In this document: one piece after another, positions 1-12,150 of the stretch
Numbering within the stretch: the stretch's first letter is position 1
Layout: every line of letters starts with the position of its first letter
Source of the DNA: Ramazzottius varieornatus
Taxonomy: Eukaryota > Animalia > Tardigrada
Direction: 5' to 3'
Length of the DNA stretch: 64,000 bases
Assembly (NCBI GenBank): GCA_001949185.1
Contig: BDGG01000002.1
Span: 2,601,826-2,665,825 of the forward strand
Position numbers and translations under genes: made by a program
The notes under the pieces: model-generated
What the model was told of the DNA's origin: nothing
The model's input: the letters and a program-made list of their open reading frames with translations, nothing else
Database searches by the model: none

Positions 1-7
1 TCCGGAC

Positions 8-1363
8 ATGCTTCAAGCTGTTTCTGCGGTATGCTGTAGTCTGCTGATCATCGCGATGCTGGCAGATTACGCTCTATTCTACCTGGAAGAGATCCAGACA
101 TACGATTTTTTCGTCGTTGTGGCCTTCATCAACCGGATCCACTACTCAGGTCAAGTACCCCTGATATTTTTAGCATGCTTCGTTTGTCGACACAGAATTC
201 GCAAACTCCTCCGCGATGTAAGCGTCATGGCAAGCGAAACCATGTCGTTGAAAGACTTACAGATTTGGCGCAACAGAAACTCCGCGATGATCGTGATGTG
301 GTTGGCATTGTGTCATGGTTTCCATTTGCTTTTTATTTCTCTTAGAACAATTGGTTTCTTGGAGAACGCAAATGACACGGTTCCAATATTTGGGAACAAA
401 GGCAGCATCCGAGCACCAACGTTAATTTTTTCTACCCTTTCTTCGGCGAGCGTGCTTTTGAGCCTAAACGTCGACCTAGCCGTGCAAGTCTTTTACTTCA
501 GCGTTATATTGATCATGATCCGAATACTGCACAACGTTCACCAGGTTTTGGCCCAGCTGAGCGGGCATGATGCAAAAGTCACAGTTAGAACAGAATATAG
601 CATGGTCGATTGGGCGGCGAACGTTGTAATTCGAATGCGACAATTGTACAAGCGATTGAATCGAGCCTTTGGGTATATCATTTTCCTCAATTGCATGCGA
701 GACCTTACGGCCATGGTCGCGCTTATGTCAGTGCTTTTAGAAACCGATCTCTCTGTGAGGCCTGGAGAGACGCCCCAACAACACCAGAAGCGCGCGAGTG
801 TCCACGATTTAAAACAAAACATTGTCATTTGTGAATTTTTCATTTCAATTTCTAACGCAATCCTCAGATGGACTATTTGCGCCTACAGTCACAAACAGGT
901 ACCCTAGAGTTTTGTCTAATTGTCCCAAAACGTCGTCTTACAGCACCTGCTGAATGCTGCTTTCTGTTAGAGTGGAGAGCTAATCGACCGGTTGGAGATC
1001 ATTGCGATGGACACGCCACTGCCGCACGTCAAGAAAGCTTGCGAAGAGGCTATATCGAAGATAGATCCGTGCAGCTCGGGTATTTCCGCAGCTGGATTTT
1101 TTCATATCACTAAAGAGTATATCGCTGGAGTAAGGCTCACTAAACTTCCATCGTGTGTCTTCTACTGTAGCTGCCTTACTTACGATTCTAATTTGTTTGC
1201 TTGATTGCAGGTCTTCGGAGTATTCTTCACGTACGCCGTACTGATCTATCAAGCAAGAGACAGTAAAACGAGCGCCCAAAACTTTGCCAACCATTTAACC
1301 TCAGATCTGAAGAACTCAACCAAGGTGATCCTGGAAGCAGTTGCGCTTAACAGAGGACCGTGA
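8..1363 (+). CDS. Gustatory receptor (7tm_7 / GR-like chemoreceptor), 3 exons (~8-898, 971-1129, 1211-1363); N-terminus may extend beyond the window
   Basis: Multi-TM ORF 8-907. GT-AG splicing adds SGELIDRLE...SAAGFFHITKEYIAG and VFGVFFTYAVLIYQ...; TYxxxxxQ in TM7 and the two phase-0 3' introns are GR-family hallmarks. About 400 aa in total. Confidence 0.8.
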
Positions 1364-1770
1364 ATTGATATTGCGCACTAATCCACCTGTTTTGAACATT
1401 TGAGACCTTTCAATCCAGCCTTCTGGTCGAAGCGGAACTTTTGAATCTGACAATAGGTCAGTGGTTCTCACAAAAGTCTAGCTGATCTTGGAATTCTAAA
1501 CCCACCAAGAAACAGAATCAAACAAGCGAGAGCAACTTGAACTTACTGGTATCTTACACAGCATAATGAGCATATCATAGGGAAACCGACAGGCAGTTGC
1601 CCGGCCATTTCTGCCTGGCGCGGCACAACAAGGAATCAAGACAGCCACAGGACTTTGACTAGTCTTCGTGCTGTTTCCAGAGGGGAACCCCATGCAGTCA
1701 CTCGCAAGGCGATCCGTCAGCTCAGCGCGGTCCTACAAAACTGTCTGGGATGTGGGGCGCTTTTGTACAG

Positions 1771-1929
1771 TACACGCAGGACGAGAAATTACGGTAAAGT
1801 AAAAACTATGGTACAGGCCTTTTCGCTACAGCGGTACGGGAGCACGTACGTACGCGACCGATTCACAGTAATACATTTTTCGACACTTCGGTCGAATTTC
1901 CATCTTGCCGTCCTTTCCGCCTGTCCCAT
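1771..1929. repeat. Interspersed repeat, copy A (copy B at 39808-39972)
   Basis: TACACGCA.GACGAG.AATTA...GTAAAAA.TATGG.ACAGGCCTTTTCGCTAC.GCGGTACGG...ATTCACAGT...TCGACACTT...TTTCCAT.TTGCCGTC.TTTCCGCC is shared with 39808-39972 in the same orientation. Confidence 0.75.
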
Positions 1930-2078
1930 AATTTTCACTGTATCATGATATCTCGTCCCGCGTGTCCTGTATATCTCTCCTTGGGGCGATACAGTATATC
2001 GTTTTTTGAACAATCAGAGGTTCATTTCATACTTCAAGACGTTGCCTTGAATTTCAGGTAAACGCATGAACGACGTCT

Positions 2079-3372
2079 TTAAAGTTTAGTTTTAAGGAAT
2101 TCTTGCTTCGCTTCAGCAGCAAGTTCCCCGTCCGTAAACAGCCTAACACTCGTCAAAGCCATAGACGTGGCAGCGATAAGGGTCCACCTCTGCGCTTCCT
2201 CGCTTCCCGCTAGTTCCTCAAAGTCTTTCGTGTGAATCATCACGTTCCGCCCGAGCGAGTACCCGGGATGGATGCTGGGTACGACCAGCGAGACATTGCC
2301 CATATCCGTCGAACCATAAATCGGCCTCACATTCTTTGGACAAACTACCCCTTCTTCTTCTGAAACCACTTTTTACACTTCTGCCATGGTTTTGTTGTGC
2401 ACCATGCCACTGTATACGCAATCGGCACCTTCCGGAGGTTGCCACGGCAGCTGTACACGGCACCCTGTTGCACTGGCTACACCCTCGGCAATGAACGCCA
2501 GCTTTTCTCGAAGTTGCCGCACGTCTTCATTTCTTACAGCACGTACAGTGTACTTCGACTGGGTAAACTGCGGGATAAAAGTCTTATCCGCCCAAGAACT
2601 TTGGCCAACGTCGAGCATGACTCCGTGCGCTCTACAGTCCTTCCTGAAGTGCTGCCGTAAAGCCGCCACCTGCAATTATCAAGGTTGATAAGCCCAAAAC
2701 GTTAACGATAGCCGATCGAGTAGTAAACTGAGAAATCATACGGCTAACGTTTACCTCGAAATAAACAGCAACTGCTGCGTCCATTGCATTTCCATATTCG
2801 TCCGTGGAATGAAAAGAGATGGAACAAACTGCCATTCCCAGAATGACAGGCTCTAAATCGTTGTTAGCGAAAGGATGGACCATCATAGCAAAGTCAATGT
2901 CGTCAAAGGCACCTTCCTGGATCAGTGTGATCCTCCCGGCATCGGTTTCTTCAGCTGGTGTCCCCAGCACAACGAGACGTCCTTGAACTTCCTGGTGCTG
3001 GCTCAAAACCTCTCGGACGGCAAGAGCTGTGACAATGCCGGCTTCGGCTATGAGGTTGTGGCCGCAAGCATGACCGATCTCCGGGAGAGCGTCGTACTCG
3101 CAGAGGACCGCAATAGTTCGATGGATAGATGGTGAATAATGTGAGCTGCGAAACTCACCACGAAACGCTGTGGCCATTGATCCATAGCTTTTTTGGACAA
3201 GAAGGTTTTGCTGCTCAAGAAAAGTTGTGAGGCGCTCATTGGCGTAATATTCGTGAAGTCCCAGTTCTGGTTTGGCTCGGAGGTCCTGGCCAATGCTGTT
3301 CAGGTCTTCCTTGTAGCGCAACAGGGTGTTTGATACAGTGTCCTTGAACTTCTGCCCGGCCGAACCAGCCAT
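2079..3372 (-). pseudogene. PM20D2: Peptidase M20 domain-containing 2 (PM20D2/ACY1L2-like amidohydrolase) with an in-frame TAA at 2373-2375; pseudogene, null allele or sequence error
   Basis: Motifs PELGLHE, EYDALPEIGHACGHNLIAE, GTPAEE, MMVHP, GSTDMGNVS, PSIHP and IHT are present. Intron 2754-2670 (GTAAAC...TTGCAG). ORFs 2373-2675 and 2079-2369 share one frame, separated only by the TAA. Confidence 0.8.
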
Positions 3373-5682
3373 TCCAACACGTTGAACAGTACGGCGAGTT
3401 TGTTATCGGTGCGCTATTCGGCCAGTAGACTTTCTCGGTCTGGAGAGATCGAACAGAAAAACTAAGTTCGATGAACAAGTGATTTTAAGGAAACGACATG
3501 ACGGTATATGCTTTTGAAAGAAAATTGTGTCGTACGAAAGCTTTACAGTTCGTAAAGAGAAATTCGGGAGCGGAAAGGTCTGCACTTTCTCTTGACTGCG
3601 GAGTGCATACCAGCAGATTTAATGCTTTTTTTACTGCTCACGTTGACCGATTGCGATATTAGTTGCACTTTGCACAGATGGTTTGAACAAACGACAGTTT
3701 GGACAAAACGATTGCATTTAGAAAAGTTTAAACATTCAAGATTTGCAATTCGCCTCGCGATTCACGAAACGAAGGGGGGCTTCGTTCGTTAATCACGAAG
3801 AAAATCACCCGTAGATGTCAAACATGAATGAATTTCCGTCAGTAGTGCCCTGGCTGGCCCAAAGCACTGGGAAGCATAATCGGTGCCCGGGCAACACAGG
3901 GCCTCCACTCCGGACAATCAATCAATCAGATTTGCATTTGAACCGGCTCTTTTTTAAATTGGTGGGCTAATTACTGCCGAACAAACCACCATGACCAGCA
4001 GCGGTCGTTTGTCCCATCGTTTTCCTCAACCTCGCCCGCGTTGTGCAACTTCTCAAACCTTCTAGCGAATGCTTTTATAAACTTCGATTTTCAAAATTAA
4101 TTAGTTCTCGTTCGTTCAAACCATCTGCGCAAAGTGCAACTTTTCTGTTCGTTCCACATCCAGCTTCCACCAGTCCGCCACCACGATATACTGCCTACAT
4201 ACATACCGTAACTCACAGTCACTCACTTGCGTCAGTTCATGTAATCTCAGTAAAACACCGTAGCTTACCGTATGCAAAACCATATTGAATCATATAAAAC
4301 GAGCGAGGATTACGGACATTGAAAGGAACCCAGATGTTTCCCGAAAGATTATCATTGAACCGTCGAAGTCCAGATAAGCTCAGTCAGCACCTAGTAAGCG
4401 AAAATGTTTTAGTCATTTGTAAATCCCATAGCACGTTATTGGTTGGGCATTCCATCAAATAGAGATCGTAAGAATATAGCCATACCGATGGGTAGGTGGT
4501 CCTTCTCGAACCCTGTCAGATGCGAACTAGCGACCTTTTTCCGCTCCAACTGTTCGTCGACAAACTCTGATTCGAGATATCTCCACAGGACGAGAATCTT
4601 AAATTTGCAAAATGGATTTCTGAATGGACAAGCATAGTACCCGAAAAGTTCCTAAACCTTAATCGGAGTACCTCACTCCTGGCTGCAAACGATAGGCATC
4701 GAAGTCATACATGGTATATGCAGGTTTGTAGCTGGCCAGTACCTGAGGTGTTCGTCCGCCAAATTTTTTCAGCTTGAGTGAACTGGCGCGAGTTGAAGAC
4801 CTTCTGTTGGCAAATCGTTGGCCACTCTATTGGCGCTGATTTCGTCAAGCAGGGAAGCCCCAACCGCGTCTCCCATCGTTTCACTGAGGACCCGTGGAAT
4901 GGTACATCACACAGTGAACTCCGGCCACTGCTCTGAATTCTGTTCGCGATAACTGGAAACTTTTTCCCCGTGCCTATTTGATTAACGCAGGAGCTGCGCT
5001 TCTCGGGTCTCAAACGAAATTGAAACGATAATTTATTGATAACTGAGTCAGTAGGTTTGGGCGACTCGGACCTTTGTGTATGTACGTCATTGAAACACTC
5101 CAGGATCACATCAACACAGTTAAGCGTACAGAGAAACGACAGCAGCTGACATTCCTTACTTGTTGTCTTAGGAAGGTGTTTTTACAGTTATTCGTGCTTT
5201 AACCTTGGAAGAACCCTGATTCATGTATCGTCGGCCATAAATCCATCTCTCTACAACGTCACCAACCAACGGTCTCACAACGCGGTGATCGCGGTGTTAT
5301 CGGGGACCAACCCAGCGGCAACACCGGGAATATCAAGAGGTTGTTCCAGACCGTCATTCGCCTACGGCCAGGTGTGTCGAAATTATACATGTATCATCTG
5401 GGACCTTCGCAAGCTGAGTCGACCGGATCGTAGTTCCCAGTAACGCAGTCCTCCGGGCAAAACACTGATGGCATGCTGCGTGCGCCACTGCGGAAAACAA
5501 TCGGATCGCCTTTGTGTGCCGAGCTCGTATTTTTGTACTTTTTGCAGTGAAGTCAGTTTGATGTTTGCTTTGTTTACTTTTAATTAAACATAACAATCAT
5601 AAGTTGGAATACGGAGACTATGAATTGCAGCTGAGACTGTAAATTCCAGAGAGCCGAACAGACGAAGGTAACAAAAATTTGG

Positions 5683-8600
5683 TTACGCTTGCTTTGGTGA
5701 ATCTATACAAGCTCGTACAGTGCTCCATTTCAGATGTTTCTGCGTCACATCTTTCGCAAAAAGGTAGTTCTTTTCCACCATATGAATAGCTCGCAGATTA
5801 TAAGCAGCTCTGAAACTAAACTTATTGAGCGCATCCCTATGCATGGCTCCCAGCTGCTTCCCAATCAGCGTCCTACTACAGAGGTCCAGGCATTCGGTGT
5901 AGAGCTGCGCGGCGTCCGCGCGATCGCCAAACTGTTGTGCGGCTCTGGCTTTGTTGTACAACACTTCCGGACAGTGTCCTCTCCTCCAGCCGTACTTCTC
6001 CAGGAAGACCCTACCGGTGTTGTACAGGGAGAGTCTCTGGGCGCAGTGGCGCTGACAGGCCAGATTGATGTACAGGATACCCAGGTGAAGAAGAATGTTC
6101 CAGGGGACGCTCTTGATGCCTTCCTTGTCCAAACAGACTCGATACTACACAAACGAAGCACTATAAAGTGTACTAAAAGCATCGCAAACATAGAAGGAAG
6201 CTACAGTGGACCGGGGAACGCCAAAACAGAGGGGCCCTGTGTCGGGCGGCTCGGCCTGCTGGACGCCTGGGAGAAACTGCCTATAGCGCCCAGAGGCGGA
6301 TCCGTCCATTCATAGAGGGCACCACTGAAATTACTACGATCGAATTGCCTACCAGTTCGAGTGCATGTCGGTAGTTGCCCCGTCGAAAAGGGTCATTTGC
6401 CATCAAAAGGACGACTTCTCGACAGTAGTCGTGCATCTTGATCCACCGCTGGCCCCATTTGGTCAAGCTGGCTCCATACTCGCCATCAGCCACCAACTGG
6501 TGGAAAAAGTTCCACTCGGTGACAGACAGCGTAGGCTTGCTGCTTTCCGTCAGCTTATCCCGGTAGTACCTGGCCACAAATTCGTACTCGCCCCATCTGT
6601 AGGTCGCGGTCAGCATGGCAAACTTCAGCGCGTCCACCTGCAACGGAAAATAAGCGATCAACTTTCAGAGCTTTTCTTACCGCGGAAAACTTTTCGCTGT
6701 AACACAAAACCTTGCGTTTCAACGATATCTCGGATAAACGATCAACTAAGATAATTTGAAAACTACTTCCGGATGAGAAACATGTTTTTGGACATATTAA
6801 TATTCCGACAAAAGGGATTCTTGAGCACAGAAGCCAAGAAAGACAATTTGAAAGACAACCACTTTTTCAACAATTAGTTTGATCCTTTCTTCTCAAGGCT
6901 TTCTTCAAGGCAGGTTCCCTAATCTGAATATTATTCCAACATTTTCTGTGATGACACATATATACTGTAAATATTCGCTNNNNNNNNNNNNNNNNNNNNN
7001 NNNNNNNNNNNNNNNNNNNNNNNNNNNNNGCAGCGAATATTTGCAGTAATTAAATAATACTAATTTCGGATTACAAATTTTGTATTATTGATGTTTCCTT
7101 CGTTTTTGATTTCGGGGAATGTTATACCTTTTCGGGATAAGGTCGGAAGTCCATAGTGCACAAGGCATAAAACAACAAATCGAAAAAGTCTTGAAGGTTA
7201 TTCGACTTGAAGGCCAACGTACAGCCTTTGATGATCACATCCCAAAAGCTTTCCAGCGGTATCTCACTACTGGCAATCGCCGGTGCATACTGCAAAATGT
7301 CCTTTACCACACTATCCATCTTCGTGGGAGCATACAACCCCAACACGTTCTCCTTCTCTCTCGCAAAACGCATCTCATCCTCTGCTTCCAAGTGCTGGAA
7401 GGTCGATGCAGCCAGATCGACAGCTAACCTGACTATCTCACTCTCATCGGTCTCTTTCAGGAATTCTTCAAAGATTCGCTTTTGAATGATCACCGTACGA
7501 GCGGAATTCTCTGGAGTCGTTAGAGAACTTGCTCTGGGGACTGGAAGGCCCAAGGAGCGTACTCGAAGGCGAGCAGCGCGGAAACCTGGTCGAAGAGAAA
7601 CCGCACGGTTGAAGGCGTCCAGGGCGAGCTTGAGCTCGTTCTGGGCTTCGTATACTTCTCCCAGCTGAAAGTACAATTCTGGACTGCGGAACTCTGGCTG
7701 GTTGTGGATCTTCTTCAGGGCAGCCAAGGCTTCCGGGTAGTACTTTTGCTCTTTCAGTGCATGGGTATACCGAAGAACCAGCTTGCTTGGCCTGAAAAAG
7801 ATGGTAATTAACAAACAAGAGTATCACCCGACGCAAAATCGAGCATACAGACCATGCTTTGAGCATGCATTTCCAGACGATCGAAGCATGTAAATCCAAA
7901 CACATTCCACGACGGGTACCAAAAATTCGCTTACGGGAATTCTGCGACGGGGTCAATTTTGCTTTCGATCAGGTGTCTCACAGCATCGTAGTTGCTATAT
8001 CGTATCATGACGGTACAGACCGCCAGTGTCATGAGGAATGAACAGTCCGGAGGTACTTGGACTGAGGGAATGTCTTTGATGTTGACTTCCGGTGAGGCCG
8101 TGTTGGGTACTTGGATGAAGCGTCGCTCCAGCAGCAGTGTAAACGTCTCCATCACTCTGTCGCAGTGAAGAAGACTTTCGACGTACAGTACAAGGAAGTC
8201 ATAGGGGATGTCGACGTTGTCTTTCTTGCCCAGTTCGTACGTGGGCTGCATGCACTGCCAGACAAGGTCGGACTTGCCTTGCTCGAAGAGGTCCCTCGCG
8301 ATGTTCGCGCCCGCTTCAAACGCTTCTTTGTAGTTGCCTGCTTTGTACTCAAGCTGAAGAAGGAGCCTTTGAAATTTCGGCAGTTTGGGATGCTTCCTCC
8401 ACTGCGAAGAGATAAAAGCGCGTCAGTTACAGCAGCCGGAAATGAAAGCTCCCCTACTCCTCATTCGACCAGATGGCTTGCCAATTAGCGGGTCAATCAC
8501 GGTACACCACACAGCCCGCCATACAGTAACAAGAAAGGTTTTCACGAGAAAACCGCCATTCGGATTTTTGAATGGCAAAGCACGCCGACTACAGTACCTG

Positions 8601-9149
8601 AAGGATGTCGACCAGGCGTCGGAGCATAGGTAAGCTAGCCAGGTTGTCTCCCTCCGAAGAAAGCTGGACGTACTTCACCAGTCCACTCAGTAAAGTATCA
8701 GCATCGATCCTCTCCGCCAGACGAATATACCGTGCCCACGCTTCGAGGAAGGTTGGATCGATCTGTACAGCCTTCTTACAGCTTTCGAAAGCGTCGTTGG
8801 ATCTACCCAGATTCTCATAGCAGTCCGCCATGAAGTTATGGACAGGAGCATAGGATTTCGCGGCGAGTGCAATTTCAGCAAAGACAGTCAGTGCTTCTTC
8901 ATACTTTCCGTCGAGGTAAAGGCTTGTAGCTCGTTGGTAAATTGGCTGGAACTTGTCAGGTAAGGTGTGCATCTTTCGACTCTTTCTCTTGTTTGCTCGA
9001 GCAGCGCTCTCGGCAGCTGAGACCATACTCCTGGCCGATTCATTGTCGATGTTACCGTAGTCATCATCGTCAAATTCCTCAAACAACTCGTCGATGGCGC
9101 GCTCCTTCTCTCCCTCCGACTCCATTGCGACGCCTCTTCCTGCTTTCAT
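5683..9149 (-). CDS. GTF3C3: General transcription factor IIIC subunit 3 (Tfc4/TFIIIC102), multi-exon TPR protein; 5' end uncertain, one intron contains an N-gap
   Basis: Acidic then basic N-terminus followed by TPRs (RATSLYLDGKYEEAL...MADCYENLG; PELYFQLGEVYEAQ). C-terminal EVLYNKARAAQQFG and RAAYNLRAIH resemble the Tfc4 YNLGR and AAYNL motifs. Confidence 0.75.
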
Positions 9150-9440
9150 CTACCACAGAGCAGTTTACAGCCCTTACATCCGCTTGAGAAATGAGAATAT
9201 CCTGGAGTTTCCGGAGTTCGGACAAAAGCAACTGATGAAAGAATCAAAAATGTCAAGTCTTTTGACATAAATTTTTTCTCTCCAGTCGATGTCCCAATCA
9301 AGCCGGTCAATCAATGTATTGACAAGTTGAACTCACCACCAGCAGTCTTTGGGAAACTTAAATCTAGTCAACACGCATCCGTTCCGCAGCCACAAAGGAA
9401 CCGAACGAACGGATGATTCATTCAGATGTCTGATCCTCAA

Positions 9441-9488
9441 TGACGTAAGCAAGCTTTCGTTGTTATCCGGGTGTCATCACTGACGTCA
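9441..9488. promoter_or_regulatory. CRE/ATF-like sites in the GTF3C3/YKT6 divergent promoter
   Basis: TGACGTAA at 9441 and TGACGTCA at 9481 lie between head-to-head genes about 530 bp apart. Confidence 0.4.
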
Positions 9489-9679
9489 TCGCTACCTTTG
9501 GGAACGAAAACAAATCAGTAACCGACTCACTGTGCAGTCACTGATCATGATGCAGTCTGCTGATGAATTCTTCTCTTTCTCTTCTTCGGACCATTTCCTG
9601 ATTTCCCTTCACTAACTTAGTTTTGGAGAGATAGTTCTCCCAGGGTTGATCTTACTGTTCCACTGATTTTCTTGCAGCG

Positions 9680-10916
9680 ATGAAGCTGTATTCGTTGAGT
9701 ATCATCTACAAAGGCACCAAGCCAAAAATGCTCAAACAAGCCACAGATCTGCAGTCATTTGGATTCTTCCAGCGTGGAAGGCGAGTGATACTTTATCTGT
9801 TATCTCTCCCACTTGTCATCCCGAGTTTTCTTTTATAGTGTACAAGAGTTCATGACGTTCACATCGGAATTGCTCGTGGAAAGGACCCCTGTGGGCTCGA
9901 AAGCTCGGATAAAACAAGAAGGTACGCCCGAGTCAATCAACAATCAATCTACCACTAATGTCAGTCTTGTTTTTGTGTAACTCGCGCATTGTTCAGTGGA
10001 TGAGTACGTACTAAAATACTGCGCCACTTGACATAGGTAGTGCACTCCTCTTAGACCCCATAACTATATCGTGTTCTTTCGTTCCAGATTACATGTGCAC
10101 GGTCTACGTCAGATCGGATAGCTTGGCAGGAGTTCTCATATCGGACCAGGAATATCCCGATCGTGTTGGCTTTACACTCCTCCATAAAGTACGCAGGGGC
10201 CAGGAACTTGTCAATATGCAAGGTTTTCCTGTGGGCTGTAGCTTTGCCGGTTTTAGGTCCTGGACGATTTTGTCAGCAAAATCCCTCAGCAGCAATGGAC
10301 AACGGGTACCCCTGCGTAAGTTGGTTCTGAATAAACCTTCGAAATTTTTTCATTCGAAGTTGATGGCCAGAAGTTCAGAACACGGATAAATCCTGATGGA
10401 CCATGGATGTCAAGATCGTTGCTCTTGCAGAACGATCAGTTTTTCCGGCTTGGATGAATTCCTTGCGAAGTATCAGGTAAGGTTTCCTTGGGGGAATAGG
10501 ACTTTTATACTGTATTTTCTTTGTTCATGGGTGCATTCTCACAGAATCCGAAAGAGGCGGATGCCTTAACGAAAATTCAGTCTGATCTGGACGATACGAA
10601 AGTTATCCTGGTGAGTTCTTCCTTCCATATGGAATTTCCTGACCTACCCGCTAATGCTTTTATCAATGGCGCAGCACAACACTATAGAAGCCGTGCTTCA
10701 GCGAGGAGAAAAGCTCGACGATCTCGTAGCCAAGTCGGAGGAGCTCAGCATGAGCTCGAAGGCTTTCTACACCACTGTAAGCGGACATTAATCCCGTTAA
10801 CGATAGTTTGACTCTGACAGAAAAATCAATGTGTTTGGCTCGGTCGGCGGGGTACTAATTATGGCTTGGCTCCTTCTCAGGCAAGGAAGACCAACCAGTG
10901 CTGCAAATCGTGGTGA
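9680..10916 (+). CDS. YKT6: Longin R-SNARE Ykt6, 8 coding exons
   Basis: Spliced product reads [11 protein letters not shown]...[21 protein letters not shown]...[27 protein letters not shown]...[47 protein letters not shown]...[11 protein letters not shown]. Confidence 0.95.
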
Positions 10917-11361
10917 TGGCCCTGTCAGAGCGAAGGGTTTCCGGCTGTTTCCGGGCTGCGTGCGCTGCCGAATGTTGATCAGGGACCCACGAGATGTGAT
11001 GAACCTTCTCATGAGACAAGAATTCCACTGATTGTTTTTGCAAATTAGCCATAGTTTTTTCTCTCTTTTGGAGGTGTTGTTTGTGCAAACAGCAGTGAGA
11101 GCAGACTTATCGAAGTACCTGGCGGACTTGTTTAATTGTTTTTATTGAACTGGAATTTCTCCAGTTCAATGTGTAACACTAATGCTCACCACAGCTTGTG
11201 CATGATTTTTAGCTAGTTTTGAAGATGAAATCTTTTTTTTCACGTAAATTTTTCACGATATGGAAATGTATCGGTGCTCGGAGGGTTTGACGGGTGGACG
11301 TCAGGGGCCAATTTGCTGCGTAAAATCGTAAGTAAATGAAGGTTTGACTGGTACTGTCATA

Positions 11362-11811
11362 TAGCAAAGGCCTTTTTCGCGATCATTCAGAGTCTCGCTT
11401 TTTTGACGTGAGATTGTAGAGGAAAATTCGCGCTTTGTGGGGGTATTAGACGACCAGCCTTGACAAGAAATGACTGGGTGGGATGCGCATTCATGCTTAC
11501 GAACATGCCGCGTGACACATCGTTTGGATTATGGCTCGCCAGCTGGGATTGCTGGGTATCATAATGTGTCCATGACGTTTCGCGGTACTGCTCGTGAAGA
11601 ACTGTGATACTGGACCTCGGTCCACTTCTTCGCGTAGCTTTGTACCCAGATGTTGGACGTGAAATGTGTTACGCCTGTTCGATAGCCCATTGAATTCTCT
11701 ATGGACAGGCATGAATACCCTCAGTCGGACACTTAAGCGCACAAACAGAAAATGCGTCTCCTGCACAATTTCTAAGTCAAATGTGCGAAAGCGCGAAAAA
11801 GGCCTTTGCTA
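11362..11811. mobile_element. MITE-like element with a perfect 20-bp terminal inverted repeat
   Basis: TAGCAAAGGCCTTTTTCGCG (11362-11381) and its exact reverse complement CGCGAAAAAGGCCTTTGCTA (11792-11811); the outer TA could be a target-site duplication. Confidence 0.6.
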
Positions 11812-12150
11812 AACGGCGATACTCAACTGTTTTGCGGATCCGTCAGCCGCTCCCTGTCTGTGTCTTATCGGGCGCTTTCCCCGCCCCCTCAGTGAGACGA
11901 GCGGGATGAATCAGCCTGCGGCGAGTCGGCGACCGTTCGCGAATGAAACTGGCTTTGATTTCGCAAGCACGCCAGCGTCAGCGTCAGCGTCACACTTGAT
12001 TTTAGTCGTCTGTCTGCTTTGCTCATGAGCAGTAAGGTCAGACCGTTGTCCATGTCTGGGTACTTCAGACTATAGCCCAGCGCTTCCAGGTGGTTTTCAC
12101 AGGTTCCGCTGTGTCAACTAGCCTTTCTCCGTGGTCGTGGGGAGCAGATA

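Noticed and set aside
2373-2375. Selenocysteine or pyrrolysine recoding of the PM20D2 stop
   Set aside because: The codon is TAA, not TGA or TAG.
4260-5110. Short ORFs between PM20D2 and GTF3C3
   Set aside because: No recognisable motifs or coherent splice pattern.
5734-6315. Long antisense ORFs (also 32096-32674, 44150-44617, 59004-59573, 14683-15216)
   Set aside because: Shadows of real genes on the opposite strand, with no independent motifs.
6964-7048. Inverted repeat flanking the N-gap in a GTF3C3 intron
   Set aside because: Probably a small hairpin element, but its interior is unsequenced so it cannot be defined.
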